Source of the DNA: a virus
Lineage: Duplodnaviria; Caudoviricetes
Direction: 5' to 3' (one strand)
IMG/VR virus record: IMGVR_UViG_3300045450_000252
Coordinates: 13,534-77,533 of that record
DNA: 64,000 nucleotides
A program made the translations under genes and the position numbers. Below are positions 18,610 to 27,894 of the stretch, piece after piece (the first letter of the stretch is position 1; every line of letters starts with the position of its first letter). The notes below the pieces were generated by a model, which searched no databases, was not told the DNA's origin, and saw nothing but the letters and a program-made list of their open reading frames with translations.

Positions 18610-20142
18610 GCGCACCTGCACTTGGGTGCCCTGGCCTAGGGCGGAATCCAGGCGCACCAGGCCGCCGAGCGAGGCCCTGCGGCTGCGTAAGGTTTTCATC
18701 CCCAAGCCCTCTTGTACAGTAACTGGGTCAAAGCCCCGGCCATTGTCTTCTACCCGTAGCACGACCCAGTCAGGCAGCAGCTCGACCTCCAACGTAGACT
18801 CGCTGGCCTGGGCATGACGGGCCACGTTGTGGGCCAGGCCCTGCGCCAGCCGGTACACGGCCAACTGCAAATACTTGGGCAGCGGCACGGCTGCGTCCAG
18901 GTCGATGCGGCAGTGCCAGCGCAGATGGGGTACGTGCAGCTGCTGGCAGATAGTTTCCAGCGCCACCTGTAAGCCAAAGTCTTCCAGCATAATGGGGCTT
19001 AGCTCGTGCGAGAGCACGCGCGTCTGGCGGATGGCGTCGGTGAGTAGGCGAATGGCCTCGCGACGAACAGGCTCCACAGGCGACACGGGCAGGCATTCGA
19101 GTTGGAGCTTGGTGGCAAACAGCAGCTGGCCCAACCCGTCGTGCAGGCTTGCGGCAATACGCCGGCGCTCTTCTTCCTGGCCCAGCTGCACGGCCTCGAA
19201 CAGGGCTTGCTGCTGCTCGCGTTCGCGCAGGACTCTTTCGGCGCGGGCGCGCTCTGCCGTCGCCCAGGTGCGCTCGGCCACTTCCTCGACTAAGTGTACT
19301 TCCGCCACCGTCCACTGGCGCGGCGTCAGGCTGTGCACGGCCAGCGTGGCCACCCACTGGCCAGCCTTCACCAAGGGTACCGTGAGGTAGGCCTGGATGC
19401 GAGCCTGCCGCAGCACCTGACGCTCGATTGTCGTAATCGAGTCGTCGGTTTCGATGTCGTGCACTACCTGCACGATGCCCGCCCGGTGGGTGGCCGTGAG
19501 CCGCTCGCCAAAGTCGGGCGAGTAAAAGCGGCCGACCATCGCGGGCAGCCCGTCGCCGTAGCCTTGGTGAATCACCACATAGTCGCCCTCGGTTTCGCCA
19601 TAATGCACTTGGTTGGCACCTAAGTGCTGGCCGAGCAGGCGGGCGGCTACGGTTTGTATTTCCCCCGCATCGAAAAGGGGGCGCAGCGCGTCGGCCAACG
19701 CCAGCCGGAACATGTGGTGCCGCTCGGCGTGCTGGCGGGCGGTGATGTCGGTGAACAGCAAGGCCACTTGGTGGCTGCTCGGCGGGCCGGTGGGCAGCGC
19801 GTGCACCTCGTACCAGCGGTTGCTGGCGTGCCACGCGCGCTGCTGCACCTGGGCGGCCTGCCCGGTGCGCGCCACCTCGCCCAGCACCTCGTACCAGTAG
19901 GCTTCGTGCGCGGGGGCCAGCTCACGCATGGTACGCCCCACGGGGTTCGCCAGCCCGGTTTGCTGCGTGAAGGCGGGGTTGATTTCCAGAAAGCGATAGT
20001 CCACGGCCGTGCCGTGCGTATCGAAGAGCACTTCTAGTAGGCAAAACGCCTGGGGCAAGTGATGCAGAATGGCCCGGTAACGGTCGTCCACGAAAGGCGT
20101 CAGGCTTTGCCAGCCCTCAGGGCTATGAGACTCAGGAAGCAT
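18595..20142 (-). CDS. PAS-GAF sensor histidine kinase (HisKA_3 type), orphan
   Basis: EERRRIAASLHDGLGQ H-box, VEDNGRGF, GLG and GQGT boxes. Confidence 0.9.
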   Translation of the reverse strand: MLPESHSPEGWQSLTPFVDDRYRAILHHLPQAFCLLEVLFDTHGTAVDYRFLEINPAFTQQTGLANPVGRTMRELAPAHEAYWYEVLGEVARTGQAAQVQQRAWHASNRWYEVHALPTGPPSSHQVALLFTDITARQHAERHHMFRLALADALRPLFDAGEIQTVAARLLGQHLGANQVHYGETEGDYVVIHQGYGDGLPAMVGRFYSPDFGERLTATHRAGIVQVVHDIETDDSITTIERQVLRQARIQAYLTVPLVKAGQWVATLAVHSLTPRQWTVAEVHLVEEVAERTWATAERARAERVLREREQQQALFEAVQLGQEEERRRIAASLHDGLGQLLFATKLQLECLPVSPVEPVRREAIRLLTDAIRQTRVLSHELSPIMLEDFGLQVALETICQQLHVPHLRWHCRIDLDAAVPLPKYLQLAVYRLAQGLAHNVARHAQASESTLEVELLPDWVVLRVEDNGRGFDPVTVQEGLGMKTLRSRRASLGGLVRLDSALGQGTQVQVRLPLS

Positions 20143-20316
20143 AGGTAGGGAAAGCAGGTAGCTAGGTTATACAGGCACCCTTGGCCGGGGCAGCCCAATA
20201 AAGAAAGTAGTGCCGTGGCCCTGCTGGCTTTCACACCAACTGCGCCCTTCATCATGAACGGCAAGGTGGTACTACAAAGTTGTACAATCTTCGATGGTCT
20301 TGCTTTATTTGTGAGA

Positions 20317-20475
20317 ATGAAGCACTTCCTGCCCACCCTCACCCTGTTGCTGGCCCTGGCCGGCACCTCCTTAGCCGCGCCCCCGCGCCCGGCTGCGCCA
20401 GTGGCCGCCGCCCCGGCCCGCCCCACGGCCACCGTGTACGTGTGCATGAGCAAAACGCCAATAATTGTGAGATAA
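20317..20475 (+). pseudogene. Truncated small secreted protein
   Basis: Signal peptide, Pro/Ala linker and VYVCMSK, then an abrupt switch to AT-rich att-arm DNA. Confidence 0.45.
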
Positions 20476-20505
20476 CAAGCCGAACAGCCCCACTTATAGA
20501 TTAAG

Positions 20506-20531
20506 CTGCCCCTAAATCTGCCCCTACTTTT
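20506..20531. repeat. Integrase arm-type repeats (CTGCCCCTA x2)
   Basis: CTGCCCCTAAATCTGCCCCTACTTTT, near-identical to 62500-62526. Confidence 0.65.
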
Positions 20532-20575
20532 GAGAAAAAGCTTCTTAATCGCGTTTAAAAGGGGTATGATTGTTA

Positions 20576-20606
20576 CCGGGTGGCGCGGCCTTTTTTTATG
20601 CCCATA
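20576..20606. repeat. att core, left end of prophage B
   Basis: CCGGGTGGCGCGGCCTTTTTTTATGCCCATA, identical to 62377-62407; 55 bp from the int stop. Confidence 0.85.
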
Positions 20607-20661
20607 CTTTTCTGACGCACCTAAAATGCCCTTGCAGGACCGCCAGGGCACATTGCCCGCG

Positions 20662-22077
20662 TCAGGCTGCGTCAGACTTGGGCAGCTTGAAGGTGGGTTT
20701 GCCACCCTTTTCTGCCACCCTTTTTTCGAGGGGTGGCAGCCGGCGGGCTGTCTGCTCGTGGGAGGCCAGCAGCTCCTCCTCGTTTATGCCCAGGTACTCG
20801 TTGAACTGGGCCTCGGTCTGGTGGCCGGTGGCCAGCATCACGAGCGACTTGGGCACGCCCTGGTAGACCTTGAGCGTAGCGTAGGTCTTGCGCCCGATGT
20901 GCATGCCGAGCTTGAGGCGGGTGAGGCCGGCCAGGTGCCCGAGGTGGGGCAGGTAGCGCCAGGGGTCGCGCACGAAGGGCAGGCAGGTGGCCAGCTGCAG
21001 GGGGGCGTACTTGGTGAGTAGGGCCACGGGCTGAAACACATCGTCGTCCAGGTAGGGGATGAGGCCGGTGATGGTGGTTTTGTTGAGCAGCTTCTTGATG
21101 AGGCGCTGCTCGGGGAAGACGTGCTGCCAGCCCAGCTCCTGGGCGTCGCCGTGCCGAAGACTTGTGTAGGCGCAGAGCAGGAACACGTCGCGGGTCCACT
21201 CGCAGCGCTGCACGTGGGCGGCCGTGCTGAGCACGCCGCGCCCGCCCCGGCCCTGGCGGGGTGGGGGCTCGGGGAAGGCGGTGGCCAGGTAGGCCAGCAC
21301 GTCGGGGGCGGTGAAGTCGAGGGCGGCCACGCGCAGCAGTTCGGCCTGGGTGAGGGCATCGACGCCCACGTAGCTGGGGGCCAGGCGCAGGGTCTTGCGA
21401 AACTTGGGCGGCACGGGCAAGTCCTGGCCCTCGGCCCAGAACAGGAAGGAGCGCAGGCGCTTGACGTAGGTGTTGAAGGTGCGCGGGCTACGGCCGGCCA
21501 CGCCGAGCATGTAGTTGCGCAGGTGGTCGTAGAAGCTTTTGTTGAGGGTCTCGAAGGAGACGGTAAGCTTGTAGTGGGCGGCCATCGCGGCCAGCTCGCG
21601 GCCCACGGCCTGGTGGGTCCAGATGGTGTCGGGGGCGAGCAGGCGGCCGGTGCGCACCGAGACCTTCTGCTTTTCTTCCTCGACCCAGCGGTCGTAATGG
21701 GCAAAGAAGCCCAGTGGGGCCGGGGCCGGTGGGGGCGGCAAGGGCACGCGGCCGGCGCGCTTGTCGAGCAGGGCTTGGTAGCGGCGCTCGAGCTCCCCGC
21801 GCAGGCCGTCCTTAGTCAGGGGCTGGCCCAGGCGCTCGGTTTCGTGGTGCAGGGCCTGGGCCAGGTCGGTGTAGTCGTCGAGCACCTGGTTGATGTCGTC
21901 GGCGTAGGTGTCGGGCTTGTTCTTAACCCGGTTGCGGCGGGCGTCCCAGTCCTTGGGGTGGCACTTCTGGCCCGTGCCCAGGCGCAGGCGCTGGCTGGCC
22001 CAGCAAAAGGTGAGCTGGATGCGGCAGAGGCCCGTTTTGCCGGCTCGCTCCGTGAGGAGTTGGCGAGTAACTTCCAT
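20662..22077 (-). CDS. int: Tyrosine site-specific integrase with N-terminal arm-binding domain
   Basis: Bacteroidota-type N-terminus, SAM-like middle, catalytic R (SLRHGD), HIGR, GH and YLG. Confidence 0.92.
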   Translation of the reverse strand: MEVTRQLLTERAGKTGLCRIQLTFCWASQRLRLGTGQKCHPKDWDARRNRVKNKPDTYADDINQVLDDYTDLAQALHHETERLGQPLTKDGLRGELERRYQALLDKRAGRVPLPPPPAPAPLGFFAHYDRWVEEEKQKVSVRTGRLLAPDTIWTHQAVGRELAAMAAHYKLTVSFETLNKSFYDHLRNYMLGVAGRSPRTFNTYVKRLRSFLFWAEGQDLPVPPKFRKTLRLAPSYVGVDALTQAELLRVAALDFTAPDVLAYLATAFPEPPPRQGRGGRGVLSTAAHVQRCEWTRDVFLLCAYTSLRHGDAQELGWQHVFPEQRLIKKLLNKTTITGLIPYLDDDVFQPVALLTKYAPLQLATCLPFVRDPWRYLPHLGHLAGLTRLKLGMHIGRKTYATLKVYQGVPKSLVMLATGHQTEAQFNEYLGINEEELLASHEQTARRLPPLEKRVAEKGGKPTFKLPKSDAA

Positions 22078-22169
22078 AGAGCGGCAAGGTAGGAAGGCGG
22101 CTGGGAATAGAATTATTTCCCGTTATCACGCAGAACTAGGGCATCTTTATCCTGATGCTCACTCTAATC

Positions 22170-22568
22170 TTACTGTGGTTTTCCGAAGTCTACCGTTGTT
22201 GCGTGGCTCGGAGACGTTGGTGCTTTCTCTAGACCTGTCCAGCATATTCTTCCATTATTCATTTCAGCTACTAAAACGGCACCGTAGAGGGTAGAAAAGG
22301 GATGTGTTTTCTTGACGGCAGCTACTACAGCTTCAATAGAGGCCTTAGCTAATGCCCGCACATGGTCAACTGTAAAATTGCCTTCTGTCTTTAAGGTAAA
22401 GGATTCATACATAGCATCAGGCAGAAGGTATACGACTTTGTCATCACCCCTAATTTCTTTATAAAAGTCTCTATTAGCTAACTCACTATGTAAATCGTTG
22501 TAGAGATTGCGATTGTTTTCTTTGGGGAGGTTGTGCAATTGCACTCGAGTAAGGAAATAACGTTTCAT
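22170..22568 (-). CDS. GhoS/DUF2622-like small protein (Cas2/VapD-like fold)
   Basis: Pattern TRVQLH...Y..LH..L...F...I.GDD..VY.LP.A.Y...VLVAE....WTGL. Confidence 0.6.
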   Translation of the reverse strand: MKRYFLTRVQLHNLPKENNRNLYNDLHSELANRDFYKEIRGDDKVVYLLPDAMYESFTLKTEGNFTVDHVRALAKASIEAVVAAVKKTHPFSTLYGAVLVAEMNNGRICWTGLEKAPTSPSHATTVDFGKPQ

Positions 22569-22599
22569 TAAATCAAAAAGTAGACTGGTTATGAATATT

Positions 22600-22760
22600 T
22601 TAAGCCTCTATCTGCATCCATACCTCACTGAAGTCTAACGGCTTAATCGAGACCGAACAGCAGGTGATACCCCAGCATGTGGCTGAGTTGTAGTACTTCA
22701 CAGTGTTGCTGTTGGCGCAATAGTAAACTAGCTTCTTGCCGACAGTGGGTGCGGCGTCGA
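22600..22760 (-). pseudogene. Decayed small Cys-motif protein fragment
   Basis: Reads KLVYYCANSNTVKYYNSATCWG with no start codon. Confidence 0.3.
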
Positions 22761-22785
22761 TAGGGTATGCAGGTGATAACTAACC

Positions 22786-23871
22786 TTAGCTAGCCACCGG
22801 TACTGCCTTGCGGGCCTCAATCTGCCCCACAGTCGCGGCCAATTGGTCGCTGAACTTGTAGAGGTCGTCGAGGCCGTTGATTTCGGTTTTCACGTCCTTC
22901 TTGCTTTCGTCGAAGAAGGAGATGTAGTGCTTCGAGCCGTTGAGCCAGAGGCGGCACACAATCTTGTTCTTGTTGTCGTCGAGCAGGATGTTGAGGTAGC
23001 TTGTGGTGTCGCGGTGGGTGATGCGCTTGGCATCCACCACGGGGCGCAGGATGGTTTTGACGATGAGGAAGGCTTCCTTTTCCAGCTCCGTGAACTCGGT
23101 GCCGCCCTTAGGCGCGTCGGTAGTGGCGGCGGGCTCTTCCTCCAGTATCTGGGCGACTTCCTCCTTGGCCAGGGCCGACTTGAGGCGGTCGTTGATGATG
23201 TCGTTGAGCAGCTGGGCGGCCGACTTCTTCACCAGCGGGTTGAACTGCTCCATCACTTTCTCGGTGAGCTTGCCGGGGGCCACCTGCTTGGCGAAGTAGC
23301 GCACAAACTCGATGCTGGGGTCGCGCAGCTCCTCGGCCAGCAGCTTCTTGATTTCGCGGGTGTACTTGAGCTCCGAGGCGGTGCTCAGAATCTGGCTCAC
23401 GTCGAAGCCGGTTTTGTGGAATTTCTTCAGCTCGAAGACGTTGGCCTCGTTGAGGTCGGAGATGTTGATTTCCCAGAAGGGCTTGTCATCCATCTTGTTG
23501 GGCTCCACCAGGTCGGTGTAGAAGCGGTAGATGATGCCGTTGGTGAGGATGCCGAAGCGGGTGGTGGTGACGTGGAAGTAGCGGTGCAGCTGGGAGTTGT
23601 GCACGTCGAGGCTCTCTTTCCAGTGCTTACACTCCACGATGATAATGGGCTGGCCATCCTTCTGGATGCAGTAGTCTACCTTCTCACCCTTCTTGATGCC
23701 GAGGTCGGCCACAAATTCGGGGATGACCTCGAAGGGGTTGAAGACGTCGTAGCCCAGGGCGGCGATGAAGGGCATGACGAAGGCATTCTTGGTGGCTTCC
23801 TCCGTGAGAATGCTGTCTTTGAGGCGACTTACTTTCTCGCCCAGGGCTTTAATGACGTCAATGAAGTCCAT
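22786..23871 (-). CDS. HsdR_N-like PD-(D/E)xK nuclease-domain protein
   Basis: EEATKNAFVMPF, GEKVDY, IIVECK, QLHRYF and TNGIIYRFYTD. Confidence 0.8.
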   Translation of the reverse strand: MDFIDVIKALGEKVSRLKDSILTEEATKNAFVMPFIAALGYDVFNPFEVIPEFVADLGIKKGEKVDYCIQKDGQPIIIVECKHWKESLDVHNSQLHRYFHVTTTRFGILTNGIIYRFYTDLVEPNKMDDKPFWEINISDLNEANVFELKKFHKTGFDVSQILSTASELKYTREIKKLLAEELRDPSIEFVRYFAKQVAPGKLTEKVMEQFNPLVKKSAAQLLNDIINDRLKSALAKEEVAQILEEEPAATTDAPKGGTEFTELEKEAFLIVKTILRPVVDAKRITHRDTTSYLNILLDDNKNKIVCRLWLNGSKHYISFFDESKKDVKTEINGLDDLYKFSDQLAATVGQIEARKAVPVAS

Positions 23872-24099
23872 GCAGGTAAAACGGGTAAGAGTTTTTGAAT
23901 AGTAGATATGACTTTTAGGTATTGATAGTCAGACGACACCAATAGGCAAAAGTCAGCTAAATACTACCTTTTCCTTCCACGTATAAATACCTGTTTTTTA
24001 GAAATAAAATATTTGTAGGCCGGATGTGTAAGAAAGCTAGGGATTGTACAGTACGACTGCTAGTATTGCGAAGCAAACAATCCCACTCAAAGTAAATTA

Positions 24100-26811
24100 A
24101 TGGCAACTTCTCCGCACCAAACTGTCACCAAACCTAAAGGGCTTACTGGTAGGTCGCTGGCTGTAGATAGTAAAGAACTAATAAAATCTTTAGGTAAAGG
24201 TATAGTACATCTTGCTCAGAATAAATGGGAAGAGGTTGCTATTGACGCGGTGGATGCCGTAACGGCTCTAGGCATCAGTAACGAACCATCAGCGCTAGGA
24301 TACATTCTCATTCGCCGTGCTGCTACTGCCGCAATGTTTGAGATTGTGGGTGAAACGGTCAAGTCCAGCTTTTTTGGTGCTAAGCCCTACGAGTCTACTG
24401 TTGAGGACGCGCTCGATTATTCTATCACAGAGCATGACATTCCGATAAACAAGGCCTTTTTTGAGCGACCTCTTGACTTAGAAGTGGTTCAAAGTTTACA
24501 AGAGTTATTAGGTAGATGGCTGTCGCTACTAGGAGTGGCATCACATATGGTGGAAACTGTACTGAAACGGTTTCCTTCCTATTTTTTATACTCCTTAAAT
24601 GAAGAATGGAGAATGCGTGGTAAAATGTATGAGCCACTTTTGGCTAGTACTGAGACTCCATTTAATGATGCTACCGAGCGTCAGTGGGCATGGCGTTCAT
24701 ATTCTTCATTGCTTCAGTTCCGAATAGAAGAGAGCATCTTTGAAGAAGCCTTTAGTTTAAATCAAGTATATGTACCTCTCCGGGCTTATTACGAGACTTC
24801 CGCAAAAGGAGAATACGAAGACCTTGACAAACGTAGGAAGACAAAGAATATTGTTGACCTAGAAGCTGAATTAATAAGTTGGTTAGGTGCAGCAAAGAAG
24901 GAAGACGCCATTCGTATAATCAGCGGAGGGCCAGGTAGTGGTAAGTCATCCTTCACTAAAGTATTTGCGGCACATATAGCTAATTCACAAGCCTTGAAGG
25001 TTTTATTTATACCGCTTCATCTAATTGACCCAACAAGAGATTTAATAGATGAGGTTGGGCGTTTTGTATTAGCAGAAGGTGTTCTTACGGCCAACCCACT
25101 GAGCCTAGAAAATGGGGAGTCAGACTTGCTTATCATCTTTGATGGACTCGACGAACTCGCGAGTCAAGGTAAGGCAGCGGTTGAAACAGCTCGCTCGTTT
25201 GTTCGGGAAGTAGAACTAACGTTGGGTAAGCGTAACAGCAACTCTTTAAAACTGCGCGTTATTATTAGCGGTCGAGAAATAGTAGTACAGGATAATGAAG
25301 CAGAGTTCAGCCGGCGCCCTCACCAACTACTCACATTACTGCCCTATTTTTTAGAAAAGGACTCTTTAGGTGGTCCCATCTCAGACCCTAAAAAATTGCT
25401 GCCAGTAGACCAGCGGCGGGAATGGTGGTCTCAATATGGTCGTCTGACGGGGCAAGAGTATAAAGGTTTGCCTAAGCACTTAGACCGAGAAGACCTATTA
25501 GAAATCACGTCACAGCCTCTACTCAACTATTTGGTGGCTTTGAGCTATACTCGCAAGCACTTAGATTTTAGTAAGGATGTTAATATCAATCAGGTGTATG
25601 GTGATTTAGTGAGTGCCGTGCACGAACGGGCTTATGAAAAGAAGCGTCCATACGTGCAAATCCGCAATATGACTCTGGATAACTTCGAACGTATCCTTGA
25701 AGAAGTAGGGTTGGCATCTTGGCACGGGGATGGACGCACTACTACGGTACGAGAGATTGAGCAACATTGTACGAGTAGTGGATTGGGTACCTTACTCGAA
25801 AAGTTTGAAGAGGGGGCAAAAGCAGGTGTTACCCGCTTGCTGGCCGCTTTTTTCTTCCGGCAGTATGGTCGGCGTAGTGCTAGTGGTGATGCAACATTCG
25901 TTTTTACTCACAAGAGCTTTGGGGAATATCTAACCGCCAGACGGATTGTGCGGGCTATGATGCGAATGACAACGGAAAGAAAAGCACGAACCGATAGCCA
26001 CGATGCTGGCTGGGATGAGCGGCAAGCGCTGCACCACTGGGTTCAGATAGCAGGGTCAAGTGCTATGACCCCTTATCTGGTCAACTTTGTACGTAACGAG
26101 CTAGCCCTACGAGGGAAAGAACTGGTACGCAGAGTCCAACTCTGCTTTGCAGAATTGTTCGGTTCAGTGTTGCGTAATGGATTACCTATGGAAATGCTAG
26201 CACCTCGTACCTCGTTTAGGGAAGAATCTTATATGGCAAGAAACGCAGAGGAGTCTTTACTAGTCTGCATGTCAGCTTGTGCCCGAGTAACGCGTAAAAT
26301 AAGTCCTATTATTCAGCATGAACTTACATCGTTTGGGACATGGTTTAAGAGGGTCCAAGGGCAACGAAAAGGGCATGATTCTATTTTGGCAGCAGCCCAC
26401 TTGGATTACTTAGACTTAAAAAATAGTATCTTCTTTATGGCTGATTTTTATGGGTGTAACCTATCTTATTCAAACCTTACGAATGCCAAGTTAACTTATG
26501 CAAACTTTGGCCATGCTAGACTGATAGAATCAAATTTGTCAGGCGTATTTGCTCATGAGACTGCTTTTCATTGGGTAGCCTTTAGGAATACTAATTTAAA
26601 TAGAGCAAAGCTTGAAGGTGCTAGTTTTAGGGGTTCAGTAATGCGTGCAGTAAAACTAGACAAAACTTTATTTAGCAGCAGGCAAGCTTTGGCCCAAATT
26701 CACACAGAGGAAACCAATACTGATACGGCTAAATTTGCTGACGAAGAAGAGGCCGCGCGTATTGATAAACAAAGGGGGAGTGCTAAGCAGAAGGATGACG
26801 AAACTAATTAG
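24100..26811 (+). CDS. NACHT NTPase with C-terminal pentapeptide repeats
   Basis: GGPGSGKS, IIFDGLDEL, SGRE, QPLL, FTHKSFGEYL and LSYSNLTNAKL-type repeats; AT-rich. Confidence 0.85.
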   Translation: MATSPHQTVTKPKGLTGRSLAVDSKELIKSLGKGIVHLAQNKWEEVAIDAVDAVTALGISNEPSALGYILIRRAATAAMFEIVGETVKSSFFGAKPYESTVEDALDYSITEHDIPINKAFFERPLDLEVVQSLQELLGRWLSLLGVASHMVETVLKRFPSYFLYSLNEEWRMRGKMYEPLLASTETPFNDATERQWAWRSYSSLLQFRIEESIFEEAFSLNQVYVPLRAYYETSAKGEYEDLDKRRKTKNIVDLEAELISWLGAAKKEDAIRIISGGPGSGKSSFTKVFAAHIANSQALKVLFIPLHLIDPTRDLIDEVGRFVLAEGVLTANPLSLENGESDLLIIFDGLDELASQGKAAVETARSFVREVELTLGKRNSNSLKLRVIISGREIVVQDNEAEFSRRPHQLLTLLPYFLEKDSLGGPISDPKKLLPVDQRREWWSQYGRLTGQEYKGLPKHLDREDLLEITSQPLLNYLVALSYTRKHLDFSKDVNINQVYGDLVSAVHERAYEKKRPYVQIRNMTLDNFERILEEVGLASWHGDGRTTTVREIEQHCTSSGLGTLLEKFEEGAKAGVTRLLAAFFFRQYGRRSASGDATFVFTHKSFGEYLTARRIVRAMMRMTTERKARTDSHDAGWDERQALHHWVQIAGSSAMTPYLVNFVRNELALRGKELVRRVQLCFAELFGSVLRNGLPMEMLAPRTSFREESYMARNAEESLLVCMSACARVTRKISPIIQHELTSFGTWFKRVQGQRKGHDSILAAAHLDYLDLKNSIFFMADFYGCNLSYSNLTNAKLTYANFGHARLIESNLSGVFAHETAFHWVAFRNTNLNRAKLEGASFRGSVMRAVKLDKTLFSSRQALAQIHTEETNTDTAKFADEEEAARIDKQRGSAKQKDDETN

Positions 26812-26981
26812 GCCGATTATAGCTAGTCCGTAGCAGGTTAAGCATATCGTCTTTACTGGAAATAGTAATATTCTTACTGGCTAACAAGATACCTTTCGAG
26901 GCGAGCTGCTCTTTGAGCAGCTCGTTTTCGTTCTTATAGGTGCCGCGTTTCTTCACGCAATCGGAACGCGTGTATCTGTTC

Positions 26982-27320
26982 TTATAGTTTTTTAGTAGGT
27001 GTCAGCCCTCGAGTTAATACATAGCCTTGCCGATACCGCTTCTTTCCAAAGCGCACTATTGTCCAACCATCCTTCGTGTAGTTGGTAACTGCAACTGTAT
27101 CGTGCTCGTGTAGATTACCAATTATCTCGGATGCGTCATTAGGCCTCTCCCAGATGGGGAACTCGCGAAATATCACCCTAGCGGTTCCAACTATCGGCCT
27201 CAAGTCTGGGTCAGGCTCGAGCACTGCCGCCTCAGGCTTTGAGGGCGTGTGACCAGCAAGTACTATCAAGTAGACTCCTACTGCAGCGAGTATCCAAATC
27301 CATTTGCGTGAGAGGCGCAT
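26982..27320 (-). CDS. Membrane-anchored SH3-like domain protein
   Basis: N-terminal TM; IIGNL...V.V....GW..V...GYV pattern. Confidence 0.55.
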   Translation of the reverse strand: MRLSRKWIWILAAVGVYLIVLAGHTPSKPEAAVLEPDPDLRPIVGTARVIFREFPIWERPNDASEIIGNLHEHDTVAVTNYTKDGWTIVRFGKKRYRQGYVLTRGLTPTKKL

Positions 27321-27338
27321 AGAAGGGGGTAATGGTAA

Positions 27339-27812
27339 TTAGTTGGGGCGATTAAAGGCAGCTTTGAGTAGCTCAATCGTCTCCTCCTTCGAGGCAATCA
27401 ACGCATCCTTTGTCGCGAGCTGAGCCCTGAGATGCTCAACTTCCTTCTGAAGGTCGGAGGTCATGCGCTTCGTCTGCTCTAACTCTTGTTGGCAGGCTTC
27501 AAGGGTTATGACTTGGTTACCGGTGCCACTATTTACGGCACCGCCGGAGACTTTTTTTATGCGGGTAGTCGTGGTATTGGTTACTGGTGGCATTGCGCCT
27601 GTTAGCGGCTCACCATTTCCAGTAATCAGCCAGGTTAGATTGACGTTGGTGAAATGTGATGCTATCCGTTCAAGATAATCAGTGCTAGGCTTGGTGCCCT
27701 TATCTAAGTAATTGCGAGTGGTACTTTCTGAAACCTCAATGGTTTGGCTAAACGCACGCGCACTAATATCTAAGGCGCTTATCAAAATTTTAAGCCTCTC
27801 GTTAATAGACAC
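27339..27812 (-). CDS. XRE-family phage repressor
   Basis: N-terminal HTH (RLK...SARAFSQTIEVSESTTRNY...KP), NLTWLITGNGE, C-terminal coiled coil; divergent from the early operon. Confidence 0.85.
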   Translation of the reverse strand: MSINERLKILISALDISARAFSQTIEVSESTTRNYLDKGTKPSTDYLERIASHFTNVNLTWLITGNGEPLTGAMPPVTNTTTTRIKKVSGGAVNSGTGNQVITLEACQQELEQTKRMTSDLQKEVEHLRAQLATKDALIASKEETIELLKAAFNRPN

Positions 27813-27859
27813 TTGTCAGATATGATTGATTAATTTCAGCCTTTTTTGGTCTGAAATGA

Positions 27860-27890
27860 TTGACTACATTAGACTGACAGCGTATGTTTG
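27860..27890 (+). promoter_or_regulatory. Rightward early promoter
   Basis: TTG-N20-TATGTTTG fits the Bacteroidota -33/-7 consensus. Confidence 0.7.
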
Positions 27891-27894
27891 TGGC

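Larger units (their letters stand above)
1..20606 (+). mobile_element. Prophage A, right (late) half; continues left of the window
   Basis: Terminase, portal, lysis, tail and tape-measure genes in the same order as prophage B; ends at the 31-bp core repeat 20576-20606. Confidence 0.9.

Noticed and set aside
20576-20606. att core as a tRNA or tmRNA 3' end
   Set aside because: No T-arm or CCA on either strand; it looks like a small hairpin plus T-run, and the host target is not visible
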